Shown piece after piece: positions 34,630 to 47,035 of a stretch of DNA of 64,000 nt. How positions within the stretch are numbered: position 1 is the stretch's first letter; each line of letters begins with the position of its first letter. The notes under the pieces are model-generated. The model was not told the DNA's origin. It was given only the letters and a program-made list of their open reading frames with translations, and ran no database searches. Position numbers and translations under genes: made by a program. Source of the DNA: Lama guanicoe (taxonomy: Eukaryota); contig MU054117.1 in assembly GCA_013239625.1 (NCBI GenBank), positions 3,338,677-3,402,676 on the forward strand, written 5' to 3'.

Positions 34630-35691
34630 GGCGGCCGGCACGAGCCGCCCTGCGTCCGCCTTCTGGAGGGAGGCCCACCTGGATGCAGCCTTGTCCTGCC
34701 CTCTCTGCCTTCTGACCACTTTTTTTTGGCTGAGAGGTGGCCTGTCTCCTCACCTGGACAAAGGTGGGCTGGGGTCCCTAGGGCCGTGCATAAGGGAGCG
34801 TGCTCACATTGGAGACAGGACTGAGTTTGGGAAATCAGGGCATGAACCTCATTGGCAGGTGACTGGAACCCTCACTCTTCCACTAACTAGAGCTGGGTTT
34901 GACTGGGCACCTGCCGGTATAGCACATCATATGCCATTTAACCTCAGAGTCCACGAAGTATTTTACTGCTGAGGACTTATCTATATGCCTGTAAGCGATC
35001 AACAGATATTTATGTATTTTTAATCTATATTGTTCAACAGATATTTACCCACTCTGGGCCAGACACCGTGGTAGGTGCTGGGACACAGCAGAAAGCAAAG
35101 CAGAAAGTCACTGCTCTCCCGGAATTTCTGGTGGCGAGGCTTCCAACATAAGCAGTCCTGCTGCCGTCCCATCTCCCGATGCTTCAGAACATACTGCACT
35201 CTGCAGTTCGGAATTCCCTCGCTCACCCATCTGACAGACAAGCCATTGCAGCTGGGGCCCGGAGAATTCGTTACAGATCTTTAACTGGGGAGTCCCACAG
35301 GGCCCGTGGTCCTTCCCACTTCACTTTTTCCAGGCGAGGAAACTGAAGTTGAGAGAAGTAAGGTGACCTGCCCAAGGTCAAGGATGTCTAGTAACAGAAT
35401 TATGAGACCCTAATGGCTCCTCACCCTCTCTTTCTAATGGCCTTTACGACATGAACATACGTGACTGGAGGTCCCGGGCTGCAGACAAGGTGCTGTGCAA
35501 AAAAATGGCACCAAGAGGGCAGGCCAGACCAGAGGCTGAGAGCCCTGGCGCTAGAACCCCGCTGATTAAACCTGAGCATTGGGTGCTTGGGCAGAAAGCA
35601 GTACTCAGTGAGAGTATCACCAAGGGGTAATGCCAGTGGGACACTGACGCTTTATAAAACACTGTGTTTTGCCAGAGAAATTAGATCATTA

Positions 35692-35907
<216 letters not shown>

Positions 35908-36739
35908 TTAAGGGTGGCATCGATTTCCCATAACAGTCCGCTCATTTCTTCTGACTCCCCCTGCCCCCCATGCCCCCTGCTTCTCATCCTGCATGTAAGG
36001 AGCATCCCGACCTCCCAGTGTTCTTCCACCTGAGCCAACACATTCCTCCTTCCGCCTGGACTGCCCTTACGTTCCCCTTTGCCTGCCCCATACTTCTTAA
36101 TGTTTGTGGTGGTGCCCATGTGCTCCCAAGCCTTCTGCTTCTGTGATGTTTTCAGTCTATGCCGAGATGTCTTTCAAGGGTCCAGTTTGCCTGTGGAGCC
36201 TGGTCCCCCACCCAGGTAGCCACGCAGGAGGCAGGTATACGGGAGCCCACGCCCTGAAGGTGTCAGGAACTGTATTCGAATAGACCTTCTCCTTCCTCCT
36301 CTGCTATTAAAGTCTCTCCCGCCTCAAGGCCAGACTCCGATGTCGCAGTCTGTACGGAGACTTTCCTAACTTCTCCAGTCAGCAGGAGCTCTTTCTTCTC
36401 AGCCGCCGCAGCACAGTGCCGCACCTCTCAGAGCACCTGTACCGTCTCCCGCTTTAATACATTCGCAGATCTACTCAGAAGCTGACCGTTTATCTTTGCA
36501 CATTGAATAGATGCCTGGACACAGGATTTCTTCTTGCTTCTTCATTGCTGTACATTGTCCTTTTCCCATCTGGCAGGGTCCCCCACCCCACCTCCCCAGG
36601 TGTGGTCCCACGTGGTCTTTTGATGCCCTTCTCAAAAACTAGTCTGGGACAAGGGCCTGAAGCCCATGCATACTACCGCCACCCTAAGTTATTGATAATG
36701 GCTTCATGTAAGCCCCTCACCCGCCCCTGTGGGGACTTG

Positions 36740-36865
36740 TTTTGTTTTGTTTTGGGGAGGTGATTAGGTTTATTTGCTTGTTTTGATGGAGGTACTGGGA
36801 ACTGAACCCAGGACCTCGTGCATGCTAAGCACGCACTCATCACTGAGCTGTGCCTTCCCCCGTCC
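36740..36865 (-). mobile_element. tRNA-Ala-derived (vic-1-like) SINE in FGF23 intron 1
   Basis: GATGGAGGTACTGGGAACTGAACCCAGGACCTCGTGCATGCTAAGCACGCACTCATCACTGAGCTG. Confidence 0.8.
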
Positions 36866-39800
36866 CCCCTCCCTGGACTTGCCATATTAAGAATGACTAG
36901 TTAAAGTCTCAAGTTTTCTGTCTTGCAGCAAGGATGCAAGTAGACCAGCAGAGGTCTGAAAGGTGTGATAATTCAGCAAAACTTCCTCCCCGAATGCTGT
37001 TTAATTACCTGTCATTTTCTGTTAGAATCATTTCTTGCAGTGTCGGGGCCACTCCTGCTTGCTTCTGCAGAATTTCCCCAGGTATCTCATTGGGTCTCAT
37101 AGTTCCCAGGGAGGTAGCCCAGGCAGGGGTTCGAGTCTTCCAGAAACGTAGCCTGGAGACGATGTAAATGCTGGGTGTCTGTGCCCAGTAAGCGGTGGCA
37201 CCGCATGGGGTGACTTAAAGCTCAAATCTACCCCACATAGGCTCAGTACAAAGCCCTCGGAGGAGGGCAGCCTGCAATGCTTAGATGCTAGCTGTGCTTA
37301 GAGGAGGATACAGGCTGAAATTGGAATGAGGCGGACAGAGGGAATGAGGGGGGACCAAGCCCAGAAAGAGGGCCAAAGAGAAGAGGTCATTTGCTTCCGA
37401 GTCTGGCTAAGGGAGGCTTCAGGGAGGCCTCTGGAAGTGCGGCGGGGTTTGGGAGGTGCAGAGGGTGTTAGATCTCCAAATGGGGTCTGCCACCGTGTCT
37501 CAGATCTGTGGCTAACGTGGAGGTAAGGCCTGAGAGAAACACGCGGAACGCGTGGAACGTGTAAGAAATTGTTTCTGACCTGAAACAATGTTCAGTCCAG
37601 TTGGGAAAAAGGGCACTTTGTGACTGGCTTTGAGTGGTTGCACCCTCAGCACGTGACAAATTTTAAATTCTCAGAACAGCTGCGATTTTGTTAACATTAT
37701 GGGTGTTGGTCCTGGAAGTGGCAGCGTCCGACTTAGGGGATGAGGGAACTGAGGCCGAAATGCAAGCTCAGGTCCGCGACCCGAACATCCTCTTCCCATG
37801 ACCCTATAGCTTGTCTCCAACTGAAATCACGACCAGCCTGAGAGGACAGAATCAAGGGCTGAAGCCCTTGCCGCAGACACCAGGCCCCTGGGGCGCGGTG
37901 CCCCAAGCGGCTCGGGGGACAGGAGCAGAGCCTGGAGCCGGGTCCCCGACACGCCCTGCGACTCTGCAGCCTCGGGCAAGTCATCGCTGTAGCCTCAGTG
38001 TCCTCCGCTCTGAAGACAGAACAGCAGCAGCCGTCTTGCCTGCTTCACAGGGCGGAAACCAGGCTCGAACAGGAGGATGAGGTCAAAGTGTCTTAAAAGT
38101 GCTGAGCAGGTGGAAAGCACTGTGCGGGACGGCTGGTCTGCCCTCGAGGACAAGCCCGCACTCTGGCAGGTGTGCTGGCCGATGCCTGGGTCCAATGATT
38201 GGAGAGATGAGTTGTTTAGGACTAGCAATGGTCTCCTGGGCTAGTGCCAGCAGAGGACAGCCTGCAGAGGGATGGGGACCCACTCTCGCAAGGATGCACA
38301 GGCTCGAGTCAGACCCCTAGGAGCCCGTGTGAAAGTTCAGCAAAGGGAAGAATTGATTCCCACCCACCCCCAACCCCATGCAGATGCCCAAGGCAGGTCT
38401 GCACAGACCCAAGGGCAGAACTGGGCAGAGGGAAGACACAAAACCACTGGCTGCTGGGGCCACACCTGCTGGAGCCAAGCAGGCGTGAAGGACATCTCCC
38501 TCAGTGCTGCAGTGTTTGCAGGTGACCCCGGGGAAGCAGGGGTCTGCTAGGTCATTTACTGCCATGTGACCAGGAGCCTGTTATGTAAGATCTTGAAGCT
38601 CTGTTTTCTCATACAGAGTGGAATCACTTACCCCATTTGTTCAACTTCAGGGCATAAGGAGACATTATTTGTATCAGCTATAAACACACTTTCTAAATGC
38701 CAGTAATTGTTACTATTACCAGTTCGCTGCAACCTGGGCTGGGAAAGTAGAAAATTTCCTGCTGTATTCCAGTCTCATCACCGAGCAGTGAGAAATAAGA
38801 TGGTAGGTGTACAGGGCTTCGAGTTCCCCACGGGAGACAGAACACTTTGCAGTGTTAAAGAGCCCGAGGAGAGCTCAGCTGCAAGTGGACAGAGTGACAT
38901 GGGAGACGGTGGGGGAAGGAAAAGATTCGGGATCCAGGAAGCAGCATGAATGGGCGTGTAACAAGCATCTCTTTGCTTCTGTTTTCACAAAGTGGGGGGC
39001 ACGGGGAGCGGGAGGTGGCCTCGTTCACAGTAGGAAGGGGACACAGACATTGGAGAGGCTTCCTGACATCAGCTGTGAGTCCCAGGGGGATAGAATCTTG
39101 CAGGCAGATCATTTCCCAAAGACCAACAAATCCAAGTTGGGCTGGGCACTCAACTCTCAATCAAGAATTTAGTGAAGCACAATAATCAGACGAACCACGT
39201 TTCACTGGAAATGTGTAATCAATTAGGAGGGGAAAAAGACCCCGCACCCCACACCTTCCCACCGAGGTAAAACGCGCTTTGCGTTCACCGAGGAGGAAAC
39301 CGCAGGTCCTCCCCCAGCCTGTCTGGGCTGTGCTGCCCGCCTGCGGGCGCCACTGTTCCGCCTTTCCTCTCCTGGTAACTTTTTGTCTCAGTGTATACAT
39401 TGTTCCTTTGGTAATCTCACGGACAACCGATCTGAATAGTACAGAAAAGCTATGTAAATGAGGAAAAGTGTCTCCCTCCCACCCTCCGACCCAGTCCCCT
39501 CCCAGGTTTGTTAACTGCCGGAGACACAGCGCTCAGCTCGGGTCCATGTGTGCCAAAACAAAATCCCATTTCTGTAAAAAGTAGAGTCTTGAGATCAGTT
39601 CAGTTCGCTTTGCTTCCTGTCAGTCATCTTAATTCATTCCAGCTAGTGCTCTGTGCCTCGTCTGGGCTGGAGGCCGGTGGGTGTTTGAGGAAAAGTTCCG
39701 GGATGCATGCTGTGAGCTCGGGAGGCTCACCTCCCCCCAGCCCCACCCAAACACACCAGTCACGGCCCCCCTCGGAGGACTGTCTCTGGGGGCTTCCTTT

Positions 39801-41400
39801 CATTGAACGGATTCCACGATTCTGGACAGTTTTTATCAGCATTCTCTAATTGTCTGCGGCTTTTGCCGTCGATGAGCATCAGAATAATTTACCATAATCC
39901 TCTATCCTGCACGTGAAATCACCTATCATCCTGAAGTAAGGGTGACCCTCCAGGACAGGTGTGAACCCGTGTCTCCTAAAAAGTCTGCTCATGAGCTGGG
40001 AGACACAAAGGGATGGAAGACTGGAGGTGCTTGAGGAGCTGGGCCTTCTTTTGAAGTCACAGAGCTTTGCTTAATGTCGGACACATGGTAGGGTCTGTTA
40101 AATATCCACTGAATAAAATGAGCAACACTTGGGCTGCATCGATTGTGTCCAGACTGACTTCAGATTTTTGCCATGAGACTCACACTTGGCTTCCAGGATG
40201 CTGACTCCAGAGTCCTCCTGTAGCCCCTGAGTTCTAGAACCTGCTTGGTGTTTGCAGAGGCATCTCCTCTCTCCACCCATCGAGCGCTTGAAGAGCTTTG
40301 AACTCCTGGCTTTGCACGTGCCTCTGTCTCCCCACCAGGTTTAAGGACCACTGATCCTTAGTCGAATGCTTGTCTCACATATACAGCAAGGCCACAGCAA
40401 AATTACTGGGTGCTTTAGTACCCCAATAAAGGGCAAGTCATTATTCACGTAAGAAATTGTCTGTAATTAAACAGAGACTGCGATTGCTCTTTCATTCCCT
40501 TCATTGGATCACTTTTCTGTATCCTTAGAGTCATTTTTACAAGTCCTTCTAAAATAGAAGACCTTGCCTTTTTCAATATCCATCCTCCACCCTCCCCGCT
40601 GTCCCTTATGAAGACACCTGAAACACAGTTAATTGACTGCTGTGGACGGTGATCCAACCGTCCACAAACCTAATCTTCACAGGCATTCTGCTTGACTCAA
40701 GTTTTCGGGGAGTTCCCGACCAGCTTGATTTGCCACCCAGTGAGCCTCTCAGCTGCACAGAGAAGCATCACCAGCTCAGCCCATACTGGGTACCACCGAA
40801 ACCCTCAGTGGGCCTGTCGGATGGATGAGTGTGTGGATGGATACACGGATGCCCTTGGTCAGACTCATCGAGACAGCGCTCCTGGACTGCCTGCTTTTGG
40901 TACCTTCTTTCCTGAGGACTTTTATAAGGCCAGAATACTAGACGCTCAGAGCTGGAAAGAACCCCTGTGCTCATCTCTTCCAGTCCTTGGTCTGATACAG
41001 GAATCTTGTTCGCAACCTCCCCTGCCAACCCGGGCCAAAGTTCACGAGCCCAGACTCAGCGCCTGTTGACCAATCTGGCTTATGTCCCCCTCGCCTCCTT
41101 GCCTGTCTTTTGCATATTTGTTTGACTCTTTGGATGAACAAAGAGAAGGTGGCCGCTATTATGGGAAAGACAGATTTTAGTTAAGATGAAAATTATTCTT
41201 GTTGGGAGAAACCAATAAATACTCATTAGGGAGGTGGCAGAATCTTCTCCCAAGGTTTAAACACACACACACATACACACACATACATGGATTCTGGGCA
41301 AGAAGCTAGGAGCTGGGTTAGCCAAGGCCTCCCCAAGTCCTGCAGGTGGATGGACAGAGGGAACCCCACTCTTCCCAGCCTGGACGGAGCCTGCACTCAC

Positions 41401-41596
41401 TGTAGATGGTCTGCTGCGGTGAGCCGTCCACGTGGCCGTCCGTATGGATCTGCAGGTGGTAGCTGCTCCTGGCCGAGGCCGTGTACAGGTGGATCAGGCC
41501 GCCCCAGCTGGTGCCCAGCAGCGGGGAAGTGTTGGGGTACCCTCGGACCGCACAGCACAGGGCGCCAACCAAGAGCCCGAGGCCGGCCCCCAGCAT
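41401..41596 (-). CDS. FGF23: FGF23 exon 1, coding part
   Basis: [19 protein letters not shown] (signal peptide) then [46 protein letters not shown] plus A|gtgagt. 196 nt. Total CDS 735 nt, 244 aa. Confidence 0.97.
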
Positions 41597-41744
41597 CGCT
41601 GCTCTCTGACTGGCTGGTGCGGAGTTTGCAACCTGACCCCGCTTCCCTGACTGCGCGGTCTGGCCTCGCTGGCAAGTTTCTCCTCTTCCTTGTTGGTTTC
41701 TGAAACCGTGAGGCTCCAAGGCTGCATTCCCTCCTTTCCCCCCT

Positions 41745-41830
41745 CTGACTTTTAAAGGGTTGCAGTGTGACATCAAACAGGAAAAACTCCGCTGTCCACA
41801 TCCTCTGTGTTGTAATCAGCCCATTGGAAG
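41745..41830 (-). promoter_or_regulatory. FGF23: FGF23 proximal promoter
   Basis: TATA-like TTTAAAA (41750-41756, minus), CRE/AP-1-like TGACATCA (41768-41775), NFAT/ETS-like AGGAAAA (41779-41785) and CCAAT (41823-41827, minus). Confidence 0.7.
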
Positions 41831-41870
41831 AGAATACAAGGACCTCTGAGGCTCACGGAAGGCACGTCCA

Positions 41871-41872
<2 letters not shown>

Positions 41873-41902
<30 letters not shown>
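41873..41902. repeat. (CA)n microsatellite in the FGF23 promoter
   Basis: Uninterrupted CA dinucleotide run. Confidence 0.9.
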
Positions 41903-41904
<2 letters not shown>

Positions 41905-44900
41905 TTCAAGCCAACGCTCCAAAAAGTGAATGATGTGTGGGCAAAAGTTATCTGCAACTCTGGGCTGTCTGCTGACCTTCCCCACTTCCATCAGGAAATG
42001 TGAAGGCAGCCAGTGGTTCTGAAAAAAATCCAGCTCCAGCATGCAGGTGGCCAACGCCCCTGCAGTTCACCTTTTGCCAAGTTCACGCACGTTGGTTTTC
42101 TCGGCCTTGTTAATTCCAATCAGGAACTGTGCTCCCAGGGCTGTCTCGGTGCCCAGCACTCGGTGGGTGTCTGGGGAGATACAGAGATAACCCGGGACAG
42201 CATCGGGCAATGGCATCCTCTGAGACCCCCCAGTCCCCCTTCTCATGAAGATACGGGGACTGAGAGCCGTGGCACAAAAAGCAAAGTTGCCACCTTGGGA
42301 AGATCTCCAGATGGGGAGAAGGAAGAAAGGCCTCGAAGTCACTGCTGTTTTGCCAAATGCTGAGGTTTGATCTCTCGGTTTCCTTGACTTGGATGGCCGG
42401 GGGCAACTCCCCTGGTATAATCTCTCCAGTAGCTTGGAGGTGGACTCAGGGAGCTCGTGAATGTCTGTTGGCTGAGCACAGAGGTCTGAGCCCAGGAGGG
42501 TCCCCGGAGCAGAGCTGCAGGCCAGGCACCCCCACAGTTAGTGTCCACGGGGGGCCTGGCTCCTGGGACAGTCCTAGCACACGTTGTCCCCTAGGGAGCC
42601 GGCCACTGGCACACGCTCTGCAAGAAGACACGTGGGAGGAGACGGCCGCTCTCCCCACTCCGCATTTACTGAGTGCAGACCTCAGGCGGGTGGACATCGC
42701 AGCTGACGGAAGAGGGGAGAAGTGTGACCCCTGTGTCCAGGAGTTTCCAGATAAACATCGGGGACCATCAGCGACCACATGGCACAGGCACAGAGAGGTG
42801 GCATTTCTTATCCTGTGTGTGTACGTGCTTCTGTGGTTTATAAAGCATTTGCACAAGCACTCGCTCATCTGAGTCTCACTACACCCCCGCGAGCAGACCC
42901 CCCGGCAAGATCATTACTTTAATTTACAGAATTACAATTTTTAATATACAGAAAGAAGTGGCACTCTTGAGGTTTCTTTTTTTAATTTGTATTCTTTTAA
43001 ATGTTTAGAATTGAAACGTAGTTGATTTCAGTGCAGCTGCCGTGGAGAACAGCTTAGAAGTTCCTTATAACTTCTTGGGGTCTCTTTGTCCAGAGTCACA
43101 ATGCAGATAAACGGGGCAGGGTCTGTCTGACTCCCTGCGCTGCTTCTCCAGTGATGATCACGGCGACCCCTGAGACTCACAGCTTACGAGACGCTTTACT
43201 TTAGTGACTCGCTCACTCTTCATAAAACCCCTTTGAGGAGGTGCAGCTGCTTCCTCTGTGTAAGGAGGGGCTGATGCAGACAGTTTAAGCGACGCTCACA
43301 GAGGTGTGCAGCTCACGCCCGGGACAGGTCGGGTTTGAACCAGGCACCCTGAGCCCGCGACGTGCTGCGGCTGAGGCCGAGAGGGCAGGGGCGGGGAGAG
43401 AAAGCGCCAGGAGCAAAGGGGCCCCCTGCTCCTCCGCCTGCACCCGGGATGTGTCTCTAAGATAGGGAATGCTGGCCCCCCGGTTACAGAGGAGATTTGG
43501 GGCCGTTCAGGGCTATGCGGGGGACCGCCTTCTTGAATAACAGTCACAGAATCTTTTGCACACGGAGCACCTCAGCAGTGGTGTTTGCCCGAGCCTGTGT
43601 CAGACCATGCTCACTGCCTGGAACGACTCATTCGGGGTCAGACACGGGAAGGGTGCTGGAGCAGCACCTCTCTCCCTGCGTGCAGCTGGTTACCTTTCGT
43701 CCCCTCAGCTAAGCCCCCGGCGGGTCTCTCACCCCGCCCCATCACGCGGGGCCGCCTCCCTCCAGATCTGCCTCTAGATCTGTGCATGCGAACAGAGGCA
43801 CCGCGTCCCCCTCTGCCTGTTTCCCCGCTGGAAGCTGGGGAGGCGGATGTGTGAATGCAATAATCTCTCACGCCCGTCCCAGATGTCCGGGCCGTGAGCT
43901 TCTCTGAGGGTGGGAAACGGCCTTCCAGCCCCGCCCCGCCCCCACCGCTCACCTCCCCACCTGCTGTGCTGGCGGTGGTCCCTGGGAGACGCCCGCCTGC
44001 GGATGCTGAGCGAGGGTGTCTACGTTCTCTGCTGGTGGGCTCGTTTCTCTCCCCCTGCTTTGCTTACGATGTCCACCCTGGATTGGGGAGAAACTCCAGC
44101 AGGGCAGAGGCCTTTAATATTTCATAGCGTATATGCGAGTATCTGGTTTTTATAATTTAGATAGGATAGGTCATGGCGGTGTCAGTGTCAGCCCCACAGA
44201 TGTGCTCAAGAGGGAATCTAAATCCAAACAGAGGAAAAAGAGGGGTTCGAGCACTGCTGACGCCTCCGCTGGGGACCGTGGTCTGGTGAAGGTCACCGAA
44301 GAGCTCGGGGGCAGAGGACACAGAAGTCTGAGCGAGCGACCAGCTGCTGCAGCCTCCTCAAGTCTCCTTTCCTTCCCCGAGCCCCCCCGCCCCGGCCTCT
44401 CTTCCGCTGACGCCCTTCTTACTGGAAACCCTCCCCTGGCCTCCACCTCTATGGCTCGTGGGAGATAAGGACGCTGGGGGCCCCAGGCCAGGGCGGCCGG
44501 GCCTGTGTGAGGGGTCTCACGGAGGCGTCACTCTGGGCGATAAGACAGGGCTACGCTTGTTCCGTTCAGAGCAAAGCCAGAGACTCGGCCAGACTGGCCG
44601 GGGACGCGCGGGGCGGACACGGCTTTTGAATAAGGATTCTCAGTGTAAAGTTTGTCAACTTGACCCTCTCACCAACCCATCTCATGTTTCTTTTCTTTTG
44701 ACGAGTTTATCACTCTGTGTGGAGCTTTCCTGAGCTCTGTGTCCTGTAAGTGCCCAGGGGTAGCAGGTGTGCAGGGCTGGTGACCCTCTCGGCCTGCAGA
44801 GGCTGGAACCTCTGGGGTGATGGGTGGTGGCCAGTGTGCATACAAATATTAATTTCCATGTGGGACACAATGTGGAAAGGATTGGGAATTCCTGGTCTAG

Positions 44901-45681
44901 GGTCATCACACAAGCTCCAGGTGTGATAATGACCACGGTGGCAACGTGCTCTCCCAGACCTCCTTGGGGACATCGTGGGACACCCCCGGAGGAGGCCAGG
45001 GCGCTGTCTTAACAGGAGACGTTTCAGTGGCATTTCCAAGAGGACCCAGACTGAAGCTGGGACTGGCCCCCACAGCAGAAGGGGCGTGTAATAATAGAGA
45101 CCATCCCTTAAACCTTCAGAGAGAACTTCCCTAACCGTACACTCTACACAAAGCATCCTCATGTGCGTTCTCGGACCTTATCTTCCCAGTCACTCCACGG
45201 GATGGCAAGTATCCCATTTTATGGATGAAGAAACTGAGGATCCACCTGGGACTTGTGAGAGGTCACACGCCTTGTCTGTGGCAGAGCTGGGAGTCAGACC
45301 CAGGTCGTCTTGCTCTGAATTCGGAGCTCTGCCAACTCCACCACCCATCCTGGGAAGCGCCGTGTTCTCGGAGACTGAGCCGTTGGGATGGGAACACGGG
45401 AGGCAGAGGGCACTGCCAGGGAGAGCAGGGGGAGCTGGTCCTCTGGAGCCAGCTCTCCAGGGTGAATTTTGGCTGTTTTTTCTCTTCCAGGTGGAGAAGA
45501 GGGAGCCGAGTGTGGAGCCCTCGGTTACTCTGCCTGACGGGCTCTGTTGGGCTTTCCCGGGCTGCTGTCTTCTGATGCCCACTCTGCTTCTTTGACCAAA
45601 ACCAGCAGGAAGAGAGGGGTGCCTGTCAAGCTGGGATTCTGCCCAGGGAGGGAGCAATGGGAGCGGCGGATGGCGGAGCCA

Positions 45682-45730
45682 GTGTGCGTGTGCGTGTGCG
45701 TGTGCGTGTGCATGTCCGTGTGCGCGCACA
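45682..45730. repeat. (GTGCGT)n/(GT)n alternating purine-pyrimidine microsatellite
   Basis: GTGTGCGTGTGCGTGTGCGTGTGCGTGTGCATGT. Confidence 0.8.
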
Positions 45731-46554
45731 CAGGCTGCCTGACCTGATTGGTGCTCCCAGGCTGCCCATCAGAACCCAGCCTGCCCTCGCAGGATGCCTG
45801 AGGCTTGTCACGCAGCGCACGTCAGAAGCAGACATCCTGGTGCCCACTCACCTCCTTGGAGCCGGTGACCCCGCCAGCCCACCGTGTCTGGGACTCTGCA
45901 CATCCGGCCCCGTGTTATCTCGGGATCCTGGGACTCCTTGGCCCCCCTGCCCTGCCTCCTCCCCTCCCTGTGGACACGTAGCCGCCGCACACTTCTTGGA
46001 GGGCTATTTCCAGCCAAGGGGCCGGTAACTCAGCCCCAGCCCGTCAGGTCAGGCCGTCTGCGTGCAGCAGCTGGGACAGGCAGCCTGACACGCTGCGGGT
46101 TCAGCAGAATGCAGGATGCGGGGGCTTCCGGGGGAGGCATCCCCTCGGCCTGCTGGAGGTCACAGCTGCTGAGACGTGGGGGTGGGGGCAGACAGGATGC
46201 TCCTGCCGCCTGATTGGGAGGGGCGGGGTGTCCACAGGGAGAGGTGCGGGTTCAGCCTCCTCACGCCTCCAGCAGTGCTCAGTGCTCTGACCACCCCGGC
46301 CCTGCCCTGCATGAATCCCTCCTCCTTAGTGTGGCTTGGAGTTCACGGAGTCCTGTGGGTGAGGGCAGACCCTGGGGTCAGACAGTCCAGAAGCCAAGAG
46401 GCCCTGTACTGGCTGCACCATCTCCGTCAAGTCACTTCCCCGCTCTGAGCATCGTTTCCACAGCTGTAAAAAAGGGAGGCTGTGATTGCAGCTGCCTCGT
46501 TAGACTGTCAACAGGGTTCAATCCTATGACACCAGTGGTACTTAAAAAAACTTC

Positions 46555-47035
46555 TTTTTACTGAAATGTAGTTGATTTACAGTGTTAGTTTCAGGTGCAC
46601 AGCAAAGTAATTCAATTACACATAGACATACATACATATTTTTTCTTTTCAGATTCTTTTCCATTCGATGTTACCACTAGAAGTTGAATATAGTTCCCTG
46701 GGCTCTACAGTACATCCTTGTTGTGTATCTATTTTATATACAGTCCCATGTGTCTGTTAATCCCCAGCCTCTAATTTATCCCTCCTGCCCTTCCCCTTTG
46801 GTAATCATAGTTTGTTTTCTATTTCTGTGAGTCTATTTTTGGTCTGTAAATGGAATTAATATCATTTTTTTAGATTCCACATATAAGTGATACCATACGG
46901 CATTTTTCTTTCTCTGTCTGGCTTACTTCACTTAGTTTGACAATCTCCAGGTCCATCCATGTTGCTGCAAATGGCATTATTTCATTCATTTTTATGGCTG
47001 AGTAATATTCCATTGTATATATATACCATAAATAT
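46555..47035 (-). mobile_element. L1 3' end, 5'-truncated
   Basis: TAGATTCCACATATAAGTGATACC...GGCTTACTTCACTTAG...TCCATCCATGTTGCTGCAAATGGCATTATTTCATTC...GGCTGAGTAATATTCCATTG is the reverse complement of the canonical L1 ORF2 end and 3'UTR. Confidence 0.85.

Noticed and set aside
33851..34753. 300-aa alternate-frame ORF and antisense ORFs over FGF23 exon 3
   Set aside because: These are shadow frames of a very GC-rich exon, with no independent evidence.
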